DNA from: Amphiscolops sp. MND2022 | Taxonomy: Eukaryota | Assembly: GCA_964187785.1 (NCBI GenBank) | Contig: OZ076409.1 | Span: 46,254,001 to 46,318,000 of the forward strand | Reading direction: 5' to 3' | Length of the DNA stretch: 64,000 nucleotides | Shown: positions 53,381 through 64,000 of the stretch, piece by piece | Position numbering within the stretch: position 1 is the stretch's first letter | Layout: each line of letters starts with the position of its first letter | Notes under the pieces: model-generated | Databases searched by the model: none | Told to the model about the DNA's origin: nothing | What the model saw: only the letters and a program-made list of their open reading frames with translations | Translations under genes and position numbers: made by a program

Positions 53381-56300
53381 TATAAGAGAAAAGGTGGGTC
53401 TTTCATTCTTATATTCTCATTTATCAATGGTTCTCATTCTCAAAGAGAACACAACATTATGAAAGTCAAGAAGTAGTAATACATTGATGAGTCACTTCAG
53501 TTTAGTTGTTATGAGTCACTTCAGTGACATGCTCCACCCCCTTAGCTGCAAAGAAGAAAAAGGGGGCGCGTAACTGCTGAGGAGAAAAAGATGATGCGTA
53601 GCGTTGCGGAGCGAACCGTCACGGGGCAAAAACGCGAGACAGCGAAACGGCGGGCCGATCGAAGGTTCCGTAGGCTGTCTTGACTGTGCAGACACGGACA
53701 ATTCCATTTCGCCCAGGGTGGGTAGCTGCGATTCGTCCAAGAGGCCATATTCCACGAGGCGTAAAATCGTGTAGAATACAAACAAGATCACCTACTCGTA
53801 GCGGAGGTTGGGCAGTCGACCACTTCCCTCGAGGATGAAGAGTGGGGAGGTATTCTTTCAGCAACCTCTTCCATATGTGGTTTGTCACTTTCTGAATTTC
53901 TTTCCATGATTTAAATGAAAGCGGCTGCTCAGAGCTGTCAAAAACTCCAGGAGGTAAGTTGGCATAGGGTCGATGCAGTAGGAAGTGGTTGGGCGTCAGT
54001 GGTTCTTCAATCTCTGGCTGATCGGCAACATGAGTGAGTTGCGGGAATTGAGCATCAGCTCTGTTTCTGCTAAAATAGTCGTGAAGAAATCCAAAGTGAT
54101 CTTCTGCGATCCCAGGATGATCAGAAGTGTTCGCTTGGCTGTCTGGATCATCCTCTCCCAAGCTCCACCAAAATGCGGAGCTGACGGTGGGTTGAAATCC
54201 CATTGTATATCGGCAGCTTGCGAGATTTTTTCTTTGGATTAACGAATCCCTTCGTTCAAGCTGTCCTGGAGGGAACGACGGGCACCAATAAAGTGTTCTA
54301 AAACGATCGGATTGCGTGTCAAAGAGGGAAGAGGAGCGTACTGGAGGCGACCGGCGGAACGCAGAACGGCGTGTTCGTCCAAAACTGGGCTGCATGGTAA
54401 AAGTTTGTCTTTCGAAGAAAGACTTTCCTTGTTGTGCAATTGAGCTAATGTGGAGGGAAAAGATTCAATTTGCGATTGTCGGAAAAGCAGGTGCTGGGCG
54501 CATTGAAAGTCATCGGTGTTCAGAATGCGGTCAAACGAGCGGTTCCGGAGGCAGCGGACGAAACGGCAGACTTGAGCGGTTGAGCGAAGGAGACGAATCC
54601 AAGATGAAAAACGATTGACATTTAGAAGAGCGGATTGAAGTTTAATTTTTGCGGCGGCGCAAATACTATTGGCGTGCGGAAGAGGGCGGCGTTGTGGCCA
54701 CTTATGCGGTGGCTGGGTTAAAAATGGAGGGGGTCGAGTCCATTTTTGTTCGATAGCGTCGGGTTTCAAACCTCTCGTGCCATAATCGGCTGGGTTTGAT
54801 TCGGTGGGTACGTATATCCAGTCAGCTGGAGATGTCGATTGTCTGATTTCGTCGACTCTGTTGGCGACAAAACTTTTCAATTTGTTGCGGGATTGGATCC
54901 AATCGAGGACAACACAACTGTCAGTCCAAAGGGTAACTGATTGAAATTGTGTGGCGAAGGCTTTACGGAGGATTTGGAGTAAACGGACTCCTAGAACGGC
55001 GGCTTGAAGTTCCAGCTTGGGAACACTTTGTTGTTTGATGGGAGCAACGCGGCTCTTTCCTAGGACGAAGTTGAGATTGGCGGTGTTGGCGGAGGCATCC
55101 AGTTGACGGGCAAAAATGACGACGGCAAAAGCGGAAATAGAGGCGTCCGTAAAAACGTGCAGAACAACTGGTGTCGTTGATCGAAAAATGCGGCGTGGAA
55201 CGGCGATGTGAGGAATTTGACGGTACTGTGCGACGAGTTTATCAACGATCGGCTGAATGTCATCTGGAATCTGTTGATCCCAGCTTTGGCCACGTTTCCA
55301 GAGTGACTGAATGATTATTTTGAGTTTAATGACGAAAGGTGCGAGTAGGCCAATGAGTCGAAAATAGAAGAAACGAGACTAAACAGCTGGCGTAACGTTG
55401 ACGGTGTCGGTACGGGTTCCGGCGGCGGTGCGTTGTAAGTGTCGTCTTTCAATGACCAGTTTTGACCAAGGACTCGTATGGTCTCAACAGGTGATTCATT
55501 TTCGGTTTCGGGAAGGTGATCTAGGGCTGAAGGATTGTTGGATGCGAACTTAGTGAGGCGGAAGCCACCTCTAGCTAAGACGGTTCGTAGGTGGGGTGTA
55601 AGTTGTCGGGCATCTGCAACTGTTCGGAATGACTTAATGAAGTCATCCATGTAGAAATCTTTGAGTACACTGGTATGTACGTGCGGGAACTGATCAGAAC
55701 TGTCAAGGGAACATTTCCGGAGGGTGAAAATTGCACAACATGGGGAACAATTGGCACCAAATATCAATCGGGTGTATTGATATTGGCGGACGAGGTCGTC
55801 CTTCAGCCAAAGGAAACGCAAGGCTGATTGATCTTCTGGTCGGATGGCGATTTGCATAAACATGCCTTCGATATCTGCTAAGACGCCGATAGCGTGTTCG
55901 CGGAATCGAAGAATCAGCTCAAGGAGATCTGTGAGCAGGTCTGGTCCGGTGAGGAGATTGTCATTTAGAGACGTTCCTTTGAAGATCGATGCTGCGTTGG
56001 CTACGCGGCGCACTTTTTCTGGCTTGTTGTGGTTTTCGACGGGATGGGTTGGAAGGTACCAAATGTGTTCAGGTTGTGGGTGGGTCATGGTGACTGTTGC
56101 GATGTAGTTTTTTTGTAAATCGCTTTCGATTGTCAAGTTGAACGTCTGTAGGGTATCTGGTTTTTCTTTCAAGCGCTTATGAAGGCTGCGAAGCTGGTTC
56201 AAGGCAGCGAAGTAGTTGTTTGCGAGGGAGGCGTCAGGTTTCCAAGGGAGACCAATTTCGTAACGTTCTCCTGTATGTCGAATCGTGGCTTGAAGAGTTC

Positions 56301-56932
56301 GAAGAGCTTGCTGCTCTTTTTCGTTCAGTGTTCGATGAACTCGCGGTTCAACGGCTGTTTTTTCTATGTCCCAGAATTGTTGAAGAAAATCGGGAGATGT
56401 GGAGAGCGATTGCTCGGGACTAAGATTAATGGTTGCGTAAAAAATGAGAGAATTTATTTGACGGCTTTTCTTTCTTCGGGGAATATGGAACTCGCCAGCA
56501 ATGGTCCATCCAAGTTCGGTTCGGATCCCAGAGGGGTGGTTGGTAGAACCTCGGATCCATTCAAGGGCATAGGTGAAGGCTATACAGGTAGTTCCGAGTA
56601 GAACTCCAATGTTTCCGTTATTGATATTCGGGAACTTGATGTGTCGCAAGTGAGGTGAGGATTGGCAAATGGTTTTAAGTTCGTCGACGTCAGCTGGGGG
56701 GAGACTGATTTGGTCGGTACAGAATGCATTCTGAACCGAAAATGTCTTTTCGTTGTCAGCGTATGGGGCAATTGTGAAATTTGTGCGAGAAACAGGCAGT
56801 GATTTAGAGGCACTCAAGAACTGAACGTTCATGTTGAACTTCCTATCGGTCTTCAGATCTATAGATTTTGCTATAGTCTCAATACATTTATGAGTCACTT
56901 CAGTTTAGTTGTTATGAGTCACTTCAGTGACA
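53381..56932 (-). mobile_element. Internally deleted Bel/Pao element (B3), a diverged relative of B2
   Basis: TSD TATGG (53376-53380 and 56933-56937). 3' LTR 53381-53529 with PPT; only ~44 bp of the 5' LTR remains, fused to protease sequence. RT YMDD intact; integrase partly deleted; frameshifts. Confidence 0.88.
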
Positions 56933-57657
56933 TATGGAGTTTTTGGAGAAAATCGAAAAAGTCCAAAAATGGCTGCTTTTGGTCTTTTTTGGGCTAAATT
57001 TGGCTATGTTTCTCACATTCCAGTCATACGATTTTGATGCCGTTGCGCGCGGAGGCACCTTTGGGTATAGAATGACTGTGGAAAATTTTATGGAAATCGT
57101 ATGCAGTTTTAGAGAAATTGGAAATTTTCATTGGTCGGGAGAAAACGTCACGTTTACAAAAGTAGTCGAATTTTTTTCTGACTCCTAAAAAAACAGCGAA
57201 AACCATTGTATTAGTCGGTCTGAATTAAAAACATTACAAAAAGAAACGTTTAATTCAAAGCGTATTCGAAAACGAAATAGTTTAGCATACGACTGAGGGT
57301 TTCCTTGACAATTGATTGTTTGCCATAAGAATTTACTGCTATCCAAAAAAGTTGACTGTTTTTCAAAGAGTTGTCGCCTCAAAATGAGAATTTTCCAAAA
57401 ACTTTCTTCGAAACATTCCCTTTAAACATCAGACGTTTGTCAAAAATTCAAACTTACAAAAAACGCTCGAATATCGTTCAAGAATTGCAATACGCTTAGT
57501 TACTGTAGATTTCCGGCAACGTTACGAAGGACGATACTGGAAAAATCAAGGTAAAGTAAAACAAGCCGGGAACGGCATAAATCGGCGCCATATCTAAGGC
57601 TCAAAAATAGCGAAAGGACATGAAAGTGTAAAAAAACTCAAAGTATCAAACTCACAA

Positions 57658-59282
57658 AAAGAGTATCAAACTCGCAAAAAACCCAAACGATCGAACTGGC
57701 GCGCCAGGTGTCCGCTAGCGTGGGACCCTTTCGCATTTTCAACATCCATTGTTGCAAAACATCAAAAAATTGAAACGGAACTCTTTAGCCTCTCCCGGTA
57801 TTGTATATTACGCGGAAAAAGAGGAAAAACCTTTTCGGTTCAGTTAGGCTAGGCCAAATTATTCAATTTGGGACCATAAAATTTCGTAGACCTTTCAAGA
57901 ACTATTTTGGTCAGTTCGTGTGGATTGAAAAAAAGTCACTATAAATAGTCGCGTTTCACTTCATGAAGCGCCGACTAAAAAGGTCTTTAATCGTATACTG
58001 GATTAATAAATATCCTTCATTCAATGGCGTCTCCGCGTCTCTATTGCTTACTTTTTGACCATAATTTTATAAAAACATGGCGCCCAAGTCAGAAAATTGG
58101 TGTGAGCTTTTCGTAATCTATTTTCAACTGACTTAAATTTAGTTACAAAACAACTGCTTAATTGTCAGCAACTAATCAGTCGCTTTCTTCGCATACGAAC
58201 ATTTATTTACCTCAAGTAAACGTAGACACCAAACTACTCTACCTCTCAACGAGCGCCAAGTTAAGGGATCGAACCTTACTCTGTCTCATCCTGGAAAACT
58301 CAGTGGAAAAACAGCATTGAAATGGTGTTAATTTACTTCACTAATTGAGCTATTCTAGGGAAATTGCATTACCAAAAATGGAATTGAATATTTGAAGCAT
58401 CTAAAGAGAGAGAGACATTTGAAAGCTAATTTAATCTAAAGTAATCAATCTTCCAGTCCACTACTGACATTCCCACTATTAACGGACTGGTCTGACAGTT
58501 GTCTGCTGCCTTGGAAGGCGCCAGAGTTTTGTAGATCACTAAAACAGTAATGAAGGTCAAAGGGCCTCATTGCATTCCATTTGTGATAACTATTCGATAG
58601 TTATTACAAAAATATATGCAAGATATTGAAAGGTTTGGCAACCCCTTAGTTGTATTGAATTATGTATGGAATTGAATTTTATGCGTAATTTTTGATCGCA
58701 AAACATTTTCACTTGATATACTTTCGTTAGCTTGAAGCCTTCTCAAAGAAAAATTGATATTAAATTCTGCGTTGATTTAAAACATTGAATATTTTTAAGT
58801 TTTGACACGACTAATAAGGAATTTGGAGTTAGCGGCAGCACGAGAAATTTTCAGCCGTGCCATTACCGCTTCAAATAAGCAGCAACTAATAGAATTCCAA
58901 AATCAAAAATTTCCTGTATATACACGGGATTTTAAAATGAATTTTCAAAAAAAACTCCAACCAATGAGCGATTAGCGAAATAACGATTTAAATCAACCAT
59001 TAAGACTACAGTAGCGTTTTAAAATATCACAACGTCATTGCTTAAAATGGCAAAATGGCCCACTTTGTGATTTTTGGCGCAGAAATTTCAAACAAACTTT
59101 TTGTGAACTAGATAAAATTCTAAGAAACTTTTGTAGCTGGCAATTCTTTGTATTTGTGAAGAACTCGAACTAAATGCCAAGAATAATTTAGCAAATTTCT
59201 AGTCAGAAGTTTTTGACCCAACCTTATAGTTTGCAGAACGACTGAATTGTGTGAAAGATAATTGTCCGTTTGAATGAGCTCT
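57658..59282. repeat. Copy 1 of a near-identical direct duplication of at least 1.6 kb (copy 2 = 62376-64000+)
   Basis: Base-by-base match at offset ~4718 with only a few substitutions and small indels. Confidence 0.95.
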
Positions 59283-59816
59283 TTTGATATCTCCTTCACA
59301 CTAAACATTCAAAAATAACGTTTAACTAAGTTATCAAAACTGTCCATAATTGTCTGGGTAAGTATTGAGAACAATGAGTCCAAATTTTGACAGAAAAAAT
59401 ATGGAAAAGGACAGTCGGTTTCAGACCATAAAACGATATCTTCAGATAAAATTGAATTAAATTAAATTCAAAACATTAGAGGCTTGGGTGACGTCACCTT
59501 TTGCGCAGACGTTTCTGTTCCTCTTTCATTCTCGAAAACATCTTGCCCATTGAAGGCATGAAAGAGCTCTCAAATATTTCTTGGTACTTTTCTCGTGCCT
59601 GTAAAATAATCAAAAATAATTCAACAGAAAAGCAACTCAAAAACGAAAAAAGGTCAGACGACCAACCTCGACTATGTCTTTGGTGAGACTCTGGAACTCT
59701 TTGTGGAGATCGGAAAGTTGTCTGTTCAGCTCACTCGTTTCCTTATTCACCTCGACTATGTCCAAAAACAAATTTCCAGCGTGTTCGTGCCAATCTCTGA
59801 AATTCTGTTTGAAAGG
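58445..59816 (-). CDS. 3' exons of an unknown, probably coiled-coil protein gene: 59816-59667, 59598-59498, 59300-59223, 58538-58445 (5' exons not resolved)
   Basis: Four AG/GT-bounded segments join in consistent phase (0,2,2) into an open frame: PFKQNFRDWHEH...ELNRQLSDLHKEFQSLTKDIVE|AREKYQEIF...EEQKRLRK|SVKEISKELIQ...|SDLQNSG...SGLED*. Confidence 0.62.
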
Positions 59817-60789
59817 CTGAAACATGCACACTCATCGGTTAACGTTAAAAGTATTCATTATAATTGTTACTGAAACCTCAATTGAAAAGACGTTGACCTA
59901 TTCAGACAAAAATCGATAACTTTAATGTATCGATTAAAGCCGAACCCTTCGTTTTGGCTCTCAGTAATATTCCTACGATGAAGAAATTGCAAATGAATAT
60001 CAAATAGTAGTTTATGTATCATGCACATGTAGATTTTTGGAGCGTTACTTCATTGAACTTCACAAATAAATATTTTTTCCAGAAAAGGTATCTTTTCGAA
60101 TTTTGATGCAGACGTGCAAGTTAATAAGGTTTCATTGAAAGTAACCAAATTTTGAAATATGAACCCTTTACTTGAGTAAAGAAGAATAGACGGGCAAGTT
60201 GGAATTTATCAGCACTGGGAAATATTAAACAAAATATTGGCAACTATCCCTATCATTTTCCTTTCCTTCTGTCCGCTTAATCACAGGATAAGGAGGAGGA
60301 GGCAATGATTCAGGTATGCCCGGAAATTTAAACTAGTCATTGCTCCAGAGAAACTATTAAACATGGAACTATTTGCATTTCGCACTTCTAGAGGCTCAAT
60401 TTCAATGCTGAAGGATTTGACTTTGAAAGCTACATCCATAATTTTAACAAACAAAATCGGTATATACTAACATGCATCAAAAGTATGGCTTCGTTGTACA
60501 AACTAATCATTTTCTGCCTGCAACGAAATCACTATAATCAGTCCGATGAAAATATGGAAATTTTTTCTATTAAATTTTTCTCACTTTACCTGTAATGTTT
60601 TTGATCCATGTTTTCAAATTGACACTGCGCTGAAACAAACGTATGGCTATCCATCAACATTCAATGATGCAATCGCTTTCCACAGATGACACAACAGAGG
60701 TTATAATATTTCAAGTTCCCGCTCTGAGTAGTTCATTGAGAAATGTTCTCAAGCAACGGAAAGAGTAGCCGAAAATGGTTCCACATTAT

Positions 60790-61059
60790 CGGTTCTAGGA
60801 TATTACGTCCAAAGACATTACGCCCAAAGTGGACATAACAAAATTTTGAATTTTTTTGTATTACTAGGCCTTCCTTCTTCGGCAAATCCCACCGCTAAAC
60901 CGGTAATGGCACGTCGCTCCGCTTCGCGTCTGCGCTTAGGGCACTAGAGGTATGCGGCCGTGGCAGATAACGATTGCCTTCTTTGAACGTTATTTACTTT
61001 CACAACTTTTGCACGTTATTAACCGTCAGCATAATTATTGGGCGTAATGTCCAGACACT
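60790..61059. mobile_element. ~270-bp non-autonomous (MITE-like) element, copy 2
   Basis: Subterminal inverted repeat GACATTACGCCCAA / TTGGGCGTAATGTC; flanked by 8-bp direct repeat CACATTAT. Confidence 0.6.
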
Positions 61060-62239
61060 CACATTATTATAATTCTTGATGACATACAGTCTTGTGATTA
61101 AAAATGGAACCCCTAATTGATAGTAATGTTTGGAACACCTAATTTTTCTGCCCATATATCTGAAACTTGATTTGCAAAAGAAATGTCTTTGATAAAAGTT
61201 TCTCGAAATTTGATCTTGTTTATATTAGTGTTTGTTTGAAACTTCTATGACAAATATTGGGGAAATTAGCTCTCAATACCTCTCTACGTAATATTTGGTT
61301 TGCAAACCACGTTTTTCATTTTTGTCTAATTTACAAACAATTTTGATCAATTTTTGTTTATCAACAGGTTTATCGCTGTTCACTGATGGCGATTGAGCTG
61401 TCAAATTTTGGATACTTAGTATTTACACGTCTTACGAAAATCTATAAACCTCACTCAATTATTTCCGGTACATGTATTAAGATTGGGTATAGATTTAAGA
61501 CTTATAGTTGTGATTATCCCTTTACATGAACAGTAACGTTCTAAAATACCGCAACTCCATTGGTTGAAATTGAGATTTTCAGAGCCAAATATCTTTGAAA
61601 CTGTCACACCCAAAAAATTGTCAGCTACAAAAGAGTCTTAGAATTTTATCAAGTTCACAAAAATGATCGTTTGAAATTTCTGCGACAAAAATTACAAAAG
61701 TTAGAAATTGGAAATTTTGGCAAATTTTCATCAAATTTCCACTTTTTCTTGATTTTCACAAAGTTCCAATCATTTGCCCCCAAATCTTCCGAGGATGATG
61801 ATATGATTTGATTGAAAAACTTTTTCGACTTCAAATGAAAATCAATTTTCTAAATGCAATTCTTATAGCCTTTCTTAATACATGTACTTCAGTGCTTATA
61901 GACAGAAAATACAGTGCATTTTTCTGATTCGAAAGAAATTCTGTAGAAAGAAATCAAAACAATTCAGTAGGTTCGGGAGATTATAGGGAGTCTCCGAATG
62001 AAAAAAAATCCAAAAATTTTAATTCTAAGCCACTCAATTTTCGAAAACTCAAATTTCAATTGAAAATTTGCATTTTGTAGCTTTTTCAGTATGGGTCACA
62101 GAAATTTCAAACAATTTTGTAAACTGGAAAAATTCTAAGAAACTTTTGTAGCTGGCAAATTTTTGTATTCGTGTTAGTTTACGAGATATTTGGTTTTGAA
62201 TTTTGCCATTTTAAGGAATCGTGACCACATCGGAAGGTC

Positions 62240-62355
62240 ACGAAGACTAGCTGAAAACTTATGGAAACTGAGCCGCACACCATCGCCCATGTGTACTTGT
62301 GGAACGTCAGAGCAGAACAGCTACCACTATTTTTTCTATTGTCCAAATTATTGTA
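62240..62355 (+). mobile_element. Non-LTR retrotransposon C-terminal CCHC zinc-knuckle fragment
   Basis: LAENLWKLSRTPSPMCTCGTSEQNSYHYFFYCPNY matches the SPxCxCG..E...H....CP motif found at LINE ORF2 C-termini. Confidence 0.65.
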
Positions 62356-62375
62356 ATTTCAGACCCTTTCATCTC

Positions 62376-64000
62376 AAAGAGTATCAAACTCGCAAAAAAC
62401 CCAAACGATCGAACTGGCGCGCCAGGTGTCCGCTAGCGTGGGACCCTTTCGCATTTTCAACATCCATTGTTGCAAAACATCAAAAAACTGAAACGGAACT
62501 CTTTAGCCTCTCCCGGTATTGTATATTACGCGGAAAAAGAGGAAAAACCTTTTCGGTTCAGTTAGGCTAGGCCAAATTATTCAATTTGGGACCATAAAAT
62601 TTCGTAGACCTTTCAAGAACTATTTTGGTCAGTTCGTGTGGATTGAAAAAAAGTCACTATAAATAGTCGCGTTTCAGTTCATGAAGCGCCGACTAAAAAG
62701 GTCTTTAATCGTATACTGGATTAATAAATATCCTTCATTCAATGGCGTCTCCGCGTCTCTATTGCTTACTTTTTGACCATAATTTTATAAAAACATGGCG
62801 CCCAAGTCAGAAAATTGGTGTGAGCTTTTCGTAATCTATTTTCAACTGACTTAAATTTAGTTACAAAACAACTGCTTAATTGTCAGCAACTACTCAGTCG
62901 CTTTCTTCGCATACGAACATTTATTTACCTCAAGTAAACGTAGACACCAAACTACTCTACCTCTCAACGAGCGCCAAGTTAAGGGATCGAACCTTACTCT
63001 GTCTCATCCTGGAAAACTCAGTGGAAAAACAGCATTGAAATGGTGTTAATTTACTTCACTAATTGAGCTATTCTAGGGAAATTGCATTACCAAAAATGGA
63101 ATTGAATATTTGAAGCATCTAAAGAGAGAGAGAGACATTTGAAAGCTAATTTAATCTAAAGTAATCAATCATCCAGTCCACTACTGACATTCCCACTATT
63201 AACGGACTGGTCTGACAGTTGTCTGCTGCCTTGGAAGGCGCCAGAGTTTTGTAGATCACTAAAACAGTAATGAAGGTCAAAGGGCCTCATTGCATTCCAT
63301 GTGATAACTATTCGATAGTTATTACAAAAATATATGCAAGATATTGAAAGGTTTGGCAACCCCTTAGTTGTATTGAATTATGTATGGAATTGAATTTTAT
63401 GCGTAATTTTTGATCGCAAAACATTTTCACTTGATATACTTTCGTTAGCTTGAAGCCTTCTCAAAGAAAAATTGATATTAAATTCTGCGTTGATTTAAAA
63501 CATTGAATATTTTTAAGTTTTGACACGACTAATAAGGAATTTGGAGTTAGCGGCAGCACGAGAAATTTTCAGCCGTGCCATTACCGCTTCAAATAAGCAG
63601 CAACTAATAGAATTCCAAAATCAAAAATTTCCTGTATATACACGGGATTTTAAAATGAATTTTCAAAAAAAACTCCAACCAATGAGCGATTAGCGAAATA
63701 ACGATTTAAATCAACCATTAAGACTACAGTAGCGTTTTAAAATATCACAACGTCATTGCTTAAAATGGCAAAATGGCCCACTTTGTGATTTTTGGCGCAG
63801 AAATTTCAAACAAACTTTTTGTGAACTAGATAAAATTCTAAGAAACTTTTGTAGCTGGCAATTCTTTGTATTTGTGAAGAACTCGAACTAAATGCCAAGA
63901 ATAATTTAGCAAATTTCTAGTCAGAAGTTTTTGACCCAACCTTATAGTTTGCAGAACGACTGAATTGTGTGAAAGATAATTGTCCGTTTGAATGAGCTCT
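62376..64000. repeat. Copy 2 of the direct duplication; contains paralogous last exon (63258-63165) and partial penultimate exon (64000-63941) on the minus strand
   Basis: Matches 57658-59282; terminal peptide SGLDD* versus SGLED*. Extends beyond the window. Confidence 0.93.

Noticed and set aside
59880..60790. Further upstream exons of the duplicated gene
   Set aside because: Several AG/GT-bounded candidates exist, but I could not join them in consistent phase.
57658..64000. The 1.6-kb direct repeats as LTRs of another element
   Set aside because: No TG..CA ends, PBS or gag/pol between them; they contain spliced exons.

Overview
AT-rich eukaryotic (animal-like) genomic DNA with short GT-AG introns, dominated by LTR retrotransposons. 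In order: the 3' end of a Bel/Pao element with its LTR (1-2011); a decayed Ty3/Gypsy element (~6.76-12.0 kb); an intact cathepsin L-like gene with 4 coding exons (minus strand, 13514-15307, 333 aa); a second, younger related Gypsy element (16651-22797); a recent 16.5-kb Ty3/Gypsy element (22907-39419, TSD ACAGC); two minus-strand Bel/Pao copies (44042-51382; 53381-56932); and a tandemly duplicated multi-exon gene of unknown function running off the right edge. The 16.5-kb element is the standout. Its ~1.96-kb LTRs are protein-coding at both ends: the first ~197 codons of gag lie inside the LTR, and an accessory ORF runs into it. It has no obvious PPT. It carries an antisense, 3-intron, ~1300-codon gene for a BED-finger protein resembling a catalytically dead hAT transposase, plus a sense ORF with SIM-like and NLS-like motifs. 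A GGCC-N6-GGCC motif recurs in its LTR and in the spacer between these two accessory genes. All family assignments come from motif recognition by eye, not from database searches.
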